This document shows positions 40,231 to 54,276 of a DNA stretch of 64,000 nt, one piece after another (the first letter of the stretch is position 1; the number at the start of each line of letters is the position of its first letter). The notes below the pieces were generated by a model that saw only the letters and a list, made by a program, of their open reading frames with translations, had not been told where the DNA came from and did no database searches. Location: assembly GCA_024137785.1 (NCBI GenBank), contig JAHRHZ010000086.1, positions 12,426,131 to 12,490,130 of the forward strand, read 5' to 3'. The DNA is from Ginglymostoma cirratum. Lineage: Eukaryota. Both the position numbers and the translations under genes were made by a program.

Positions 40231-41707
40231 CATAACTGACCAAGGCCCATACTCTTCACTGGCTTGGCAGGGCAGTTCTGACTGACCATGACCCACCTAC
40301 CAGATGGATGTCTTAACATCACCCAAACTAACTTCCTGGCAATCTCCAGACTTTCTCCACTTGACCTGCGGGACTGACCATGAACCAGTCCTTGGGCTGC
40401 AAGGACACAGATTCCCCAGACTCTGGGCCAAGCACCTTGCTGACTTTTGCCAACGCCTTGTAGAGTAAACCGATGAGCCCCTTGAGTGACTGGGGCAGTA
40501 TCCCCTGAATGACTGCAGTCCCCTTCACCGCAATAAGGTCTGTTCCCCTTTGACTTTTATTCATTGTCATTTACTTGAATCGCGTGCCATGTGTTTGGCA
40601 CATAAGCCGCTGATACATGGCAGCTCAGTGTCTCAGTGGTTAGCACCATCACACATTGCCTATCTCTCCCTCTGCTAAAAAGCCATGGGAGAAGTTGGCA
40701 GCCTATAAGTGAACACTAAAGACCCTATGGGCTAAGAAAGTAATGCTGGCAGCCTCAATGACAGTGCTGAAGAATGTGTATGCTAAGAAAGCCTTGTGAA
40801 GTGGGACAGAGGCTGGCAGCCACCAAATAAACACTGAAGACAATGAAAACTAAGAAAGCAAACAAAGAGCTATAAGAAACATGTGTTCATGTCAGTGTAA
40901 ACGTCTCCAGCATAGATGCATCAGCTGTGTGTCTGTCCCTGCACACAAAGGGCCCTAGCAGAAGCATGCAAGTCATGGGTGTCCTTGAGCTCCAAAGAAA
41001 GTGTTGAAGAGCTGAACATATCTAAGATATGGTGATGTTAGTGGTTTGTACATGATGAGTTGTGTGGATAAAGGATCAAGAAGGATGGTGGCCATGAAGT
41101 ATGCAGGGACAACCGAAGGAGCAATGCATAATGGCCAGACAAGCCAGGTAAATGTTACTATTGGGAATAAACTCTGTATAGTTTCTTGGTGGATGAGAGG
41201 AGAACTGCAAGTCGCTTAAGTAAGGCACTTTGGGGCATTAATAAGTTACAAATGTATGAAAATAAGGTACTTGACACTCAATGGTGACATACTGAAATTG
41301 CTATTTAGGGCTACAGGGAAAAGCCAGGAAAACCTTTCTCAACATCAAGAATCTGATATTTTCATTCCACTGCATTTTCTCACCTCTCTTGGCATTACTC
41401 ATGCAACCGGGAAATTTTTGTCCTCTGTGTCACTCACTATCTTTGTGGAAGGTAGAGATATCTTCTGTCAATCATTGTATTGAACAAGCAGCTGTCAGGT
41501 TATGTTGTTGTCCAAGATGGTAATGTGTTGAGAGTTTAATATAGTTCAGCTTTTGCGCTGCAAAGATATATCTTTTTAGTTTACTTTTATTTTTGATTGC
41601 ATGCCAAAATGGGAAAAAGACTGTTTTAAAAACCTGTAGAATGAGTTGCTGCATATTTAAAAACAAGTCACTGGAAATCACTATGAATTGTATTTACACT
41701 GTTGCTT

Positions 41708-42490
41708 TGTGTGACGGTGAAAACATAAAACGTGGTATGTATGTACATTGTGATTCATCCAGCAATAGATTGCTAATTGGTTTGTGAATTTATGACCAGT
41801 TGTGGATGAGAGAAGTCATCCTGACAACCGCTCTCTGATTGGCTCCTGGACAGGTAAACAGCTTGAATGTTTACGATAGATGGAGAGATACCTCTGGACT
41901 GCTGAAGGAGCACCTTCTATGCATCAATCTCTCTGCAGTAAAATTAATTAAAGCCTGAAGAAAACCAGGCATTTTTTTCCCACTGGTTGCTGTAAGCTGT
42001 GGCATTTAATCAGTAAATTAGAGGCTTTACAATTAGTGTAATAATTGCCCTGTGCTTCCTATGAAGAAGTGAAAGAACCTGGAGGAGGAAACTGGAGAAC
42101 AGAAGGTCTTAGGAAGCAAGAGGAATGTCTCATCAATCCTTCGGATTGGTGCTGTTGAACTGTGATTCCCCAGTGCTTTTTCCTCCACCCATAGCAGTAA
42201 TTTTTTTGTCTGTGGCTGTCTGTATGTATTTGTAGAAATTTTTAAAAGAGGGTTGGGGTTTGAATTTAGTAGGGTTATTATGTATTTAGTTCATAGTTTT
42301 GCTTAGTTGCAGCTAGAACTTATTTATTTGTTAAGTACAGAAAAATGATCAATGTTTTCTGGTAACCTGTTTCCATCAGACCAGTAAACCAGAAACTCTG
42401 CCGTACTTTAATTAAATTGTTATCTTTTGTGACAATCCCAGGAGTAGTGGTGGTCAGATATCAGCACATTTTTCCAAGTGAGTCATGACA
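41708..42490 (+). mobile_element. Solo-LTR-like repeat
   Basis: TGTGAC...GTCATGACA termini with CTGATTGG box; TSD not clear. Confidence 0.45.
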
Positions 42491-44059
42491 GCACTGATAT
42501 CTCTTCCATTTTATCAATTCATTCTCTTTGGTGACTAATGCTATGAATTTCTGCAGGTGTTCCCGAATGAGGCTAACAAGGTCAACATTTTAAGGCATTT
42601 AAACCATTTCTCAAGGGTTTCCAATATTATAGCAGCAGTTTGGGAGACCTCCATCTAAATGCTTCCCCAATACATTTGGAATATGCTTCCATACTATAAA
42701 TTTTTATATAAACCTGAATGGAGATTTTATGGGAAACATTGCCATTTGAAAAGGAATCAGAAAGATATCAGGAGGATATATCTGTCCCTCAAGAATGATA
42801 TCTTTAATGGCAAAATGTTCTGTACCATGCACCCTTTACAAATAAGATGTGAGCAATTTGAATTGTCTCCAGTGAATTCATAAAGATACAAAGGCATCAG
42901 TTTCAGAATCAACTGGGGCAAAACTGGCAGGCTACAGGAGCGAAGATAAATTGGAAGAATGCAGTCGAGGAGGTTTTATTTAGTTGGAGTTTCAGAGACT
43001 TGTGTTGCATCTGTTCTGAAATTCTAGGTGCTGTGCAAAATGGGAAAAGTTGCAGGGTACCAATAAATCAAAAGGGAAATATATGCATTTGGTCATCAGT
43101 ATAATGCTGCATTCCTAGCCTCGCCAATAAAATGATACTTGTTTTCCTTAAATTTTAAACAGCCATGATATGAATGAAAAGACAAATGCTGAACCAAAAT
43201 AAGCAGAGCTAAATTATGACAAGTTATAACACACAAACTAAGACAGCTGTGTAGTTTCAATTGCAAACAAAAGGAAGCTTTGTTGTTGCAGCTCATAGAA
43301 GTCAGAATTATACAGAAAGCTCGTAACCAGACCCATTGTTAACTTTTATGAGCTACGTAGTTACAGCAGTATATTTATTCATTTACAGCCATCTAACAGA
43401 TGATCTTATCCTTCAAAGCTAAATTACAGTCATATTCTGCACAGCAGCTTCCTGGACATGACATTTGCCATTGCACAGCAAGCTTAAAGAGAATCAGACA
43501 ACGTCCAAAAAATTAATTCATAGAATTCAACTATAAAATAAGCTAGATGTGCACTCTGGCAATGTAGTATGTTTGACTCATACATCTCTCCAGTCCTAAG
43601 AGGTTTGTACCACACCATAATTAGAGGTTGACTTATTCTCGGATAGAGTTTTCTCTCTTTCCTTGGGAGAACATCTTTTGTTTCATTCTACAGTTTCCCA
43701 GAAAAGCAGAATGGGATGCAGGAGGAATTTACAAAGCGAAAGCCTTCTGAGCATCCAAACCAAATATTAAAAAATAAGCACCTTTCATTAATTGATTAGA
43801 CTGATGGCTTCAATAACATTGGGCAGTCCTACCCTTTTTAAACAAAACTTTTGGGGGTCCTACTGCAGTAAGTGCACCACAGGAGGACAGCTCAATGTAG
43901 AGTTGAGGTTATCTTTCAGCAAAAGCGAATGGAATAAGGGGAAGGTTGCTAATTGTACAAATTTAGGTGCAGTGCAATGGCAGAGGCAAACTGGCTCTGC
44001 TCAAGCTGGTCCAGATTTCATACTCCTATGTAGACCCAAATGCCACAGCCAGCCATAAT

Positions 44060-44785
44060 ACCCGTGAAAGGAAGCTGACCCTCATCTAACACATGACTGA
44101 GAACCTATCCCTTCTACAAGAAGAGCAAAGCAGGCAGGCAGAGCACCATCTTCGACAACCTGTCACTAAATGACTGCTTCATTTGGTGCCCAGAGACAAG
44201 GGCGATCCAGGTGAAAGGTAACCTTCCCAGTGCCAGATACCATTCCTTCCCTCCTTTGAAATATTGTCATTGTGAGAGATCTGAAATGAAAGCAGAAAAA
44301 CTTGTATTCTCAGAGCCGGTCCATGGTCTCCCTAGAGCATGCCTCAGGTTGCTTGCTGTTCTTCCAATTAGACTGGTTCTCTCCTGCATTTGGTTCTGAA
44401 GAATTACAGACAGGAATTCTGGTGTGAGTATGGCACAAGTGGTTTTTTGGGTACTATACCATGGGTGTGTTTTGGACATTACACAAAAGCTGTTGTTTTT
44501 ATTTCCAATTTATAGAGGCGTATTTTAAGATTAATAGGAATATACTTTTACTTTTTGTTTAAAAATCTTTGCGTTTGTGTTATTAGTAGTTTCTATTTTT
44601 TCTGTTATTAAACTTCTGATTTATTATTAAAGCAAAATCTACAGCATTCTGTGCTTGTGTTTGAGTATTAGACCACTTAACGAAAACGAAAACAAAACAA
44701 AATATGATCTATCAAAGATAGTAGAGCTGGGTTTCAGTCTGGGATCTGTCTTGTCTAGTATTAACATCCGCGGGAATCAGAATAC
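44060..44785 (+). mobile_element. LTR-like repeat
   Basis: 3' end CTGGGATCTGTCTTGTCTAGTATTAAC homologous to 39376-39421. Confidence 0.45.
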
Positions 44786-44834
44786 TTGACACATGGACAC
44801 AATTTCTAATGCCAAATATTCACCACAAATTAGG

Positions 44835-45025
44835 CGGTGTCACTTGCCAAGCCTTAGGTCAAAATCATGGAACACCCTTGCTAACAGCTCTATGTATGTC
44901 TCTATACTCCAAGGACTGCAATGGTTCAAGGAAGCAGCTCAGCACCACTTTCATCAGAAAGTTAGGGATGGGCAATAAATGCTGGCCCAGCCAGTGACAA
45001 CTATGTCCCATAATTAATAATAAAA
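44835..45025 (+). mobile_element. CR1/L2-group LINE 3' end
   Basis: TTAGGGATGGGCAATAAATGCTGGCCCAGCCAGTGAC as at 18515-18550. Confidence 0.75.
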
Positions 45026-48000
45026 ATGATAGCGCATAAGTGTCCAGTCTGAAACACCTATGATGGTACAATTAGAAACTGAACTGAATGCCAATCCAGG
45101 AATCAATCTATGAAACATTGCCCAATGTGCTGTCTTTTAGAGAAGTAAATAGCGTCTTATCTTTCCCTCAGCTGGATGCTTACATTTCTCTACAATAGTG
45201 GCTTACTGGTTTTGAAACATTCCCAGGACTTGAAATGCACGATATAAATGAAGGCTCTTTGTGTCTTTCATTCTGAAAGGAGTGGCTGTAGCTGTGTCTA
45301 CTTGCAACTATTTCTGTGTTTATTTGTTGTTACATTTGCCTCCAGTTTTGCAAGGTGTGAATGTAGCCTGTATAGAATTTTCCTATTTATTTTGAAGTAT
45401 CAGGACAAGCATGTTAGGTGGCAGGTGATCGAAGTGGCAAGTTTAGGCCCTTGTGCGGCCACGAATTAGCCACTTAAGGACCTTAAGTGGTGGCAGAATG
45501 AGAAAGTCACCTACTGACCTTGCCCATAATTCAAGGTGGTAAGAAGGAGGTGAGCTTCCCTCCAGGGCCAACTCACCCCCATAGGTAAAGTGAACTGAGC
45601 AGATAGATGAGCAAGACTGACAAGAAGCAAGCAGTGGCAGACATTTAAGGAAGTAATTTATAACTTTCAGTAAAATTATTTGCCCTTCTCGCCACCTCCT
45701 GGGAGGTGAAAATCATGCCCGCAATAAAGATTTTATAAAGGTGGATTTCAGTTGCTCTGTTTGAAATCTTGTACAAGTCTCCCTTGACCACAGACATCTC
45801 AGCTTCTGCACCTTGAGCAGCTGTGCACCCAAAAGCACAATGGGCTAACACTTGTTGAGTTGTCCTGAGGTAAGGTCAATTCAGGGAAAACTAGAAGTGC
45901 TGCAAGACCACCTCTGCACTAAGATTGCATTGTGGGTTTTCAATATCTGCAGAACATTCGGTGCAGCTTTGACAAACAACAAAAGTAATCTGCGCTGGGA
46001 AAAAAGTAAGATATTAAATAAAGGATGTTTACAGCTGGAATTTGACCAGAGTACAAATGCTGATCTTTCCATACCAACAGCCAAATTATCAGTAACGCTC
46101 ACAGACGGGAGGTCACGTATTGCTATTATAACTATTTATGCACTGACATGTCAGTTCAGATATGTACACACTCCAAAGTTACGCAAGAACCTATAACAAA
46201 AGAGCTTCTCTGTTGATAAGCTACAAAGAATAAATCTAATATTTCAGCTTCCATATTTATTTTTAATTAGATTTATGGGAGGTGACGAAAAAAAATCAAC
46301 AATTGATGTTTTTCGCCTGATCACATATTGAAAATCCTGGACATTACTTGCACCATGTTAATGTGCACCTAAGATCTAAGTGGCCATTTCCTGACATGTG
46401 TTAGCTATTCTTGTGAAAGAAAAGAGGACAAAAAAAAATTTACAACCCTAACTTGCTTATGATTTGAAGAATGTTCCCACAGAGGACTATGTTGGAGAAA
46501 CTGAAACATGTGTTTGTGATGAGGAGATAAAATGGGCTGTTGGGCAGCTGCCAAAACGGAAAAGCAAACCCAAAAGGAAGAGAAAGAGATCTTTTCACTT
46601 TTAACAGCATCACAATAGCATACAGTAAATTAACCCTCTCAGTGCTATGGAAATTTCATAGGTGCCCAATTTATCAATCTAGGCCTCCATAAACTCCATC
46701 CTAATCTGATAACTACTGTTTTACCTCTCTCACTGTCAATGCTAAACTCCGTAGCTCATACTATCACTAGGAAAGGCAAAATAAAAGCCTTGTTCATAGT
46801 CTGATATGATCAGAGTAAATGTATTTTGCTCAGATGCACCCACAAGCTATACTCCAGAGAATTTAAAAAATATTGCTTATTTTATCTCCAGTCCCAAATA
46901 AATTAACAAAATGCTGAGACGTAGCTCTACCAGCATAACCGTGAATATTGGCAGAATATGTGCCATATAGACATTTCATTAAGCTCACGTAGTAACAGCA
47001 TATACCTGTACCTTTTGCCTGGGATCACTGGTTAGCGAGTAATTTTCAGATTTTCTCTCCACGGACCAGCACTGCTGAGTCTAAATGCCATGCTACAAAT
47101 GCCAACCCAGATGTGATCAACATTGCTGATTAAGTGTACACTGATCTATATATTCCAGCTACTGCCTTTCCTGGCTGAAAAATGAGGGAGCATAAGCAGA
47201 TTTTCATATTAGTATTAGACACTAGTCCAGATACAATGGGCCAAATGGCCTCCTTCTGTGCTGTAACAATTCTGTGATTCTGTAACTTCCACTCTTCTTA
47301 TTGGATAACTGGTAATGCTGCAATTGGGGTCAGCATGCTGATTGTCATGTTGGGAACCTCAGAGGGACAGCTCAATTGCAGCCATGCAGCTTAGGGGAAG
47401 TGTTGTAGGTAACTCTTTTCATAAACTTTGTTCAGAAATTCTAATATAATTTCCCCAAACCTTCCCTAGCATACAATTATTGCACCTTTCACCTTGAGAA
47501 TATTTTAGATTTGAGCTTGTTTGGGTCATTATACTTTTTCTTGTTATGTACTGAATTCAGTCTTGGTTTCATGTTTGTTTTTATTTTTCAGGAATGGTTT
47601 GGAACTTTCAAAACCAATGAACATTTGGCAGAGGGGATAAACAAAGAAAAATTTCAGATGAAACTTTTTAAAACGTCTACTTGCTTGACTGTATTCTCTG
47701 TCTGAGTAAATGTAAAGGATAATATTATTGGATGAAGACTGCAGCCTGTTTTTAACAAATTATGTAATTATAGCAATTTGATTTATGTTTATTCAGAATT
47801 ACAAGTACTGGCTTTATGACCATGAAATTCTACAGTATTGAAAAGCATTTTAGAGATTGCATTGTCCATTTCGGAAACTGTGAGCTAGTAACCTCTACTG
47901 GAATCACATTAATCAGAAGCAAGACAAAGTTAATAGCAATGTTTGTAGTTCAAATCCAAGTAAGATGGTGGGAAAGCAGACTTTTCAACTAAAGAATCGT

Positions 48001-48519
48001 GGAATGCCATTTCAAGCCCCAATAGAACATTAGCACTTTTCTTCCGGAGTTTGGTTACTGAACCACTCTCACTTTCTCAAATTTTATCACTTTTCCTCCT
48101 CTCCTAAATACAGGAACTAATGCTGACGTTTGTTTCCATCTTTAGTGATGGCTGTCTGATCATTCAGCAAATTATTAAACTGATCAGATTGTATCAAATT
48201 ACTATTCAATTTTGAAGTCATGCAACTTGAGTCCCAAACCTAAACTCTTAAATAGTGACACTTCTCACAGGAGGTACTTGTTTGCTATCAGAACAATCTG
48301 AAAATTCCAACTGACACCTTTCCCCTCCCAATCTTGGAGAAACTAGAATGGGCTTTTGTGATACCCCAGACACACATTGTTAGCTTAGCTGAGAGTGAAT
48401 TATTTCTCAGATCCAAGGAAAATATGATAACTTTTTGATCTTTTGGTTTATTACTACATTTTTGTGATGCATTTAACTATTTTGCAGTTTCTTTCTCAAT
48501 TCTGATTTCCCATTGCACT

Positions 48520-48700
48520 GGTGGAGTTGAGTACAATTACAAAATTTAAAAGGCATCTGGAAGGGTATATGAATAGGAAAGAATTAGAGGGATATGGGCC
48601 AAATGCTGGCAAATGGGACTAGGTCAGATTGCGATGTCTAGTCAGCACGGATGAGTTGGACCAAAGGGTCTGTTTCTGCGTTGTATGACTCTATGACTCC
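48520..48700 (+). mobile_element. CR1 3' end
   Basis: Close copy of 40055-40230. Confidence 0.85.
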
Positions 48701-49019
48701 ATATGTGAGAAAGAGACACCACACTCTTCCACCCAAAGCCCCACCACATTCCTATGCTTAGGTCCCAGGCTGCAGTGGAATTTCTATGTCAGAAGTACTA
48801 TGGAAACACTACAACAACACAAAGTTAACAGCTTGTTAACAGCTATAGGCCTCAGTAACAGTCAAAGTGAGTGGCAGATGTTAGAAGTTTATCATGTTCT
48901 AGTTTCTTCCTCACATCTTCACCTCCCAGTCCTCAACCATGAGATCCATTTCCTGCACTCTTGATTTCCTCTTGACTATACTAACTGTCATCATCCTGGT
49001 TGCTATAAGGGCATCTGTC

Positions 49020-50580
49020 CATAAGGCATAGGAGCAGCAGTATGCCATTCGACTTTGCTCTGCCATTCAATAAGATCATGGCTGATATCATCATTCTCAA
49101 ATCCACTTTCCTGCCTTTTTCCCATTATTCTTGATTCTCTTGCTGATTAAAAATCTGCCTAGCTCAGTTTTTTATTATACTTAATGACCTAGCCTCGAAA
49201 GTCTTTGAGGTAAAGAATTCCACAGATTCATCATCCTCTCAGAGCAGAAATTCTTCCTCATCTCTGCCTTAAATGGATGGCCCTGTATTCTGTGATGATG
49301 CCCTCTGGTCCTAGATCCTTCCACAATGGGGAAACAACCTTTCTGCATCCACCCTGTCAAATTACGCAAGAATCTTGTTTGTTTCAACAATGTCGCCTCT
49401 CATACTCCTAAATTCCGAAGAGTACAGGCCTCTCTTCATGGGACAGTCCCTCCAAATCCAGGATAAACGAATGGACCTATTCTGGATTGCCTCCTCTGCC
49501 AGTATATCTTTACTTAGATAAAGGGACAAATTATTCACAGTATTCCAGCGTAGCCTGACTAATGTCATGTATTGTTTTAGCATGACCTCCCTAATTTTAT
49601 ACTCCATTCCCTTTGAAATAAAGGCCAACAGTTCATTTGCCTTCCCTATTATCTGCTAAACATAGATGCTAAGTTTTTGTGATTCATACACAAGGATCCC
49701 CAAATCCTCCTGTACTGCAGCTTTTTGCAATCTTTCCCAATTTTAATAATATTCAGCTCTTCTACTCTTTCTGCCAAAGTGCACATTCTCACAATTCCCA
49801 CATTCTATTCTGTCTGCCAGGTTTTTGCCTTTAATCGGTTTATATCCCTCTACAGACTCTTGTGCAATCCTCACCATTGCCTTTCCACCTATTTTTTGTG
49901 TCATCTGAAAACTTACTGTTAGTACATTCACTTCTCTCTACCAAGTCATTGATATATATTGTAAATAATTGTGGCCCCAACACTGATCCTTGTGGCATTT
50001 TACTAGTTACAAGTGCCATCCTGAAATGCTGTCTTTATCTCTCTGTCTGTATTAGTTAGCCAATCCTCTATCCATGCCAAAATACTACCCAACACCACAG
50101 CCTAATGTGTGGTGCTTTATCAAACACTTTTTGTAAATCCAAAAATGTTTCATCTACTGGCCTCTCTTTATCTATCCAGCTGTTACCTGTTCAAAGAGCT
50201 TTACTGAATTTATCAGACACATTTTCTCCTTCATGAAGTCATGTTGATTTTGCTTAGTTATATTATGTATTTCTAAATGCTCTGTTATTACCTCCTGTAC
50301 ATTGGACTCTAACATCTTCACAACATCAGATATTAAGCTAACTGGACCTATAGTTACTGGTTTGTTTATCTCTCTCCCTTTTTGAATAAGTGTGTTGTAA
50401 TTTTTTTTCCAATCCTTTGAGACTTTTTCCAAAATCTAAGGATTCTTGGAAGATTGCTACCAGTGCACCCACTGCCTCTGTAGCCGCTTTCTTTCAAATC
50501 TTCAGATGTAACTCATCAGCCCAGGAGACTTATGGGCTTTTAGTCCTATTAGTTTCCCTAGTACTTTTTCTCTTGTGCAA
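49020..50580 (-). mobile_element. CR1 LINE ORF2 fragment
   Basis: DWK, PVSLISDVVKMLES, QHDFMK, EVMLKQYMTLVR, TRGH, NLWNSLPQ. Confidence 0.88.
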
Positions 50581-51254
50581 GTTACTTTAGCCCACTCTTT
50601 AGCCCGTTCATTATCGAGTATAGTTTAGTTACTTAGTTTCATTTAGCTTAGTTTTTAGCTCTTTAATAATTTAAAGACTACATACTATTGGAATATAAGC
50701 TGGGAAAAGTAGAAATTTTGACTCTGCCATGTTGCAGAGAATATACCAGGTGTTTTTATTTTGCAACTAGAAGGTCAGAAATGGAACTGTGTGTGGTGTT
50801 CACTTATTGGCTACACAAGGTTACGCAACTTTTAGAGAAGCTGGATTTGATATTTTTCAGGTAAATTGATACCAGTTGCCTAGCAGTCAAAGTCAGGCAA
50901 ATTATCCACTTTCCTGGTTCTGTTAGTGCTTTGTACATTTATGACAGCTTATGGAATCATAGTAGGACAGCACATGAGGTAGACTTCAAATTGCAAGTAC
51001 TATTTTTCACCAAGTCCATTACATGTAATATCATCTGCCTCCTTCTTGATGCACCAAAACTGTCACTGACACCCTGATCCATATCATTCATCATTTCTAA
51101 TCTAGACCTTAATAAAGCTCTTACCAGCATCCCAGATGGAAGTTTCTGAGTTAGCTTAGTTCCTGAACAACTTACCTTAGACATTCCACTACATTCTCAT
51201 GTCAGGAGAGAGAAGACACTACTGAAGGATGATCATTGCAGTATTCCATGTTTA

Positions 51255-51716
51255 GGACATCGAGCTGTAGGCTCCCAAGGCGGAATATGAGGTGTTGTTC
51301 CTCCAGTTTGTAGGTGGTGTCATTTTGCCACTGGAGGAGGACATATGGAATTCACCAGTCTTAAAATTTCCCCACCCCCAGCATCATCCCATGTCCAGCC
51401 CTCCCTCTCATTCCTGCCTCCTTGAACTGATACAACCTATCCATCTTCTCTACCACCTATCCAGCCCACTCATCCCACTGACCAATCCCCACCACTCCCT
51501 ATCTGCACTCACCTATCACCATCCCACCCACCTTCCCAGCCCCACCCCTCCTCACTATTTATTTCCCAGCTCCCTTCCCCTTCCCCATTTCTGAAGAAGG
51601 GTCCCAACCCGAAACATCAACTTTCCTGCTCCTCTGATGCTGCCTGGCCTGCTGTGTTCCTCTAGCTCCACACTGTGTTGTCTCTGACTCCAGCATCTGC
51701 AGTTCTTGCTATCTCT
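51255..51716. mobile_element. Neptune PLE: short minus endonuclease piece plus a plus-strand 3' UTR/hammerhead/tail
   Basis: Homologous to 58939-59760; TTT-CTGAAGA-A-GGGT-CCCA-ACCC-GAAA-CATC at 51588-51618. Confidence 0.85.
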
Positions 51717-51729
51717 TACAGTCAGTCAA

Positions 51730-52060
51730 ATACTTGATAACTGTGGGCATTGCTGTATTCTAAGAAACACGACAGCCATTTGCAAGCTAATAGTGACCAC
51801 ACTTTTGTTAATGGTGCTGACTGAGAGATAAGTATTGGCCAGGACACTGGCCCAGCTAACTCCCTCAGCCCTACCTGAAGAAGTCCCATGGGCAGACAGA
51901 GTCTTGGTTTAACATCTCGTGTGAAACAGACTATCCCCAATGGTGCAGCACTCACTCAGTAATGTTCTGGAGTGCCAGCCTTTTTTTGCACAGGTTCTGG
52001 AGTGGACTTTGTGAACCTAGAACCATGTGACTTAGAGGTGCGAGATAATGCTACCAACTG
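51730..52060 (-). mobile_element. Deu-domain tRNA SINE
   Basis: GGTTTAACATCTC...TGCAGCACTC..TCAGTA...CTGGAGTGGAC...GAACC...GCTACC. Confidence 0.7.
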
Positions 52061-52107
52061 ATAGACAACTGAATAAAGATAGTCCAGAGCAGCCCTACAC
52101 ATACCAA

Positions 52108-52157
52108 TTTTCAAATAAACCTGTTGGACAATCACCTGGTGTCATGTGATTTTTGAC
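52108..52157 (+). mobile_element. 50-bp retroelement end, possibly a further PLE family
   Basis: AATAAACCTGTTGGAC..ACCTGGTGT..TGTGATTTTT flanked by CATACCAA (52100-52107, 52158-52165). Confidence 0.55.
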
Positions 52158-52779
52158 CATACCAACAAAATAAAGAGAGGCCGGAAATGTTGACCGGGGG
52201 ATAGGTTTGTGCCTGGAAAATGCAAGCTTCTTTTTAAAAACGTTCAGTCCAATTTGCACATCTGATTCACCATAACACTTGTTATCCGAGATAATTTAAA
52301 CTGGAAAAAGGCTTTTTATTTCTAACTCATTGTTTTGAGATTACAGCAGATTTGTCGTGACTCAAATGGCTTTGATTCAATTTGATAGACTTAAGATTGC
52401 AAAAATAAGAAGAGTGATTACAGTATTAGAACAAAATGGATTGATGTGAAAGAATTCTGTCAACATAAACCTCCTGGGAAATCTAAGGACCACTTCAGGC
52501 TATTCATTTATATTAATCTTACTGCTTGTCCTCAGATTCATACAATAGAGAATTATCTAAAAAAATTGCTCCTAAAGTTTTGAGATTAAATTAAAATTGC
52601 AATTGAGTGAATTTATTTTCCAGTTGATATTTCTTATTCTTGTACAGACTATATAGTCTCAGGCCAAAATTAATCAGTGGGTGTGGATGGGATTATCTGC
52701 TCCAATTATCAAAGTTTTTAATATCTGGGTTGTTAGTTCATGACAGGTTTGTGATTCCATAACATTGGTGGTCGGTATG

Positions 52780-53618
52780 TAGATGAGGATATCAGGAAAA
52801 TTATATGTGTGTCTGTAAGACAGGCACAGAAATTAGTGCTTTCGTACCATGGGAGACTGGAGTCAATTCTGGGACCAGTGTTGCCAAGTCTGATTGGGGG
52901 TATAACCTCTAACCTTATGCTCTCACCATTGGTCCATGCACCAATGTGTTACTTTCTATGGCCAAATGGGAAAACTCTACAGGCTGAAGGGATGAACAGG
53001 ACTGTAGCAGAACCCTAAAATAAGCCACTCAGATCTGGAGAAAGTCCGATTGGGAAGATAATAATCTAAAAAGGTAAAAAGGAATGGTGGCTTGAGGGTA
53101 AAGATTACAGTACGAAAGGTGACAAAGGTAATATGGTCTGGGAACAGAAAAGTTCAGAGGAAATAATGCTAAAGTATATGTTAAAAATACAGCATGTGTA
53201 ATGAAAAAAAAACTTATCAAATTGCCTACATGTCAGTACACAGCAACTAAAAGTGTGAGCACTATACCATCAGGGCACGTGGGCAAGGAGGAGATAGTTA
53301 TCCAAGGAAGAGAGTTATATGCACGAATATGCATAGCAAACAAAACAACGGGAACAGTAGAAAGAGCTCTAAGTAAGTACAAATTGAGCTTAAAGATCAT
53401 AATGTAATAGCCAGTACAGAGAGGTTTAAGTTGGGCATGATTCAAAGCTAAGTATTCCAGACTATGGGATATTCAGAATAGATGGGAAGAATAGAAGACA
53501 TAATAACAATTTTGCTAAAATACACAATCATAACAGTGGAAGGAAAGGATTTGAGTGAGGTTGCATAGGCAATTGAAACACTAATGGGTAGAATTAAGGA
53601 TACCGGCCTTCTGCCAGT
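52780..53618 (+). mobile_element. Old CR1 (ORF1 end / APE endonuclease), continuing at 54247-54276 and 57078-57140
   Basis: NVIASTE, IPDYGIFRID, WVELR-like motifs; AEIREAC after the Gypsy insertion. Confidence 0.6.
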
Positions 53619-54246
53619 TGTGATGATACTATGGCTTTAAGTGGTGTAATTCGTCCTGATTTTTTTAATAAACAAAGGTTGAGACAGAGGTAATGAGCAG
53701 TCTGTTCAAAGCCAATAGAGTAAACCGCTTGTGAGGCCTTGGGTTTTTTTTTAAAGTTGCAACAAAAGAAGCAATGGTGCGGTCAAGCTCCCACTGAGCC
53801 AGGATCTTTAGTTTTAGCTGTCAGCAGTTGCTGGGGTCTTGAAGCTGGATGTGGAAGCTCTTATTCCTCTCTCTTTTATAGCTAAAAACTGGAGTTCTCT
53901 TCCTGCTGCTAGAATTGCAATCTATTTTGCTGAATTTGCCTTTGCCAAGGGTGTGTTTATCGCTTGTTACTATATTGAAACAGTTAATTAGTACTACTTA
54001 ATATATGTTATTTAGTTAAGCATTTCAATAGAGTTACAAATAAGCCAATGCTTTTAATTTATTTTTATTTTGTCTGCATTGTAACTGTAGTGTAAAAATA
54101 AAGTGTGCTTTGCTTAGTTGAGTAGTTTGACCAATCGAATTGTGTCTGGAACACAATACTTTACAACTATCTTGAAAATAAGAAAACGTTAGGGTCTAGC
54201 TTATCTTCTTAATATATTTTGAGGGGGTTTAGTCTGGTCCATAACA
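53619..54246 (+). mobile_element. Solo LTR, 628 bp
   Basis: TGTGATG...CATAACA termini; 4-bp TSD CAGT (53615-53618, 54247-54250); AATAAA near 54098. Confidence 0.8.
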
Positions 54247-54276
54247 CAGTAGTGAGGGGAAGATATATGTACAGAT

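Noticed and set aside
47560-47705. Strong splice-acceptor-like TTTATTTTTCAG followed by an open frame (EWFGTFKTNEH...)
   Set aside because: No recognisable protein, no convincing donor and no partner exons.
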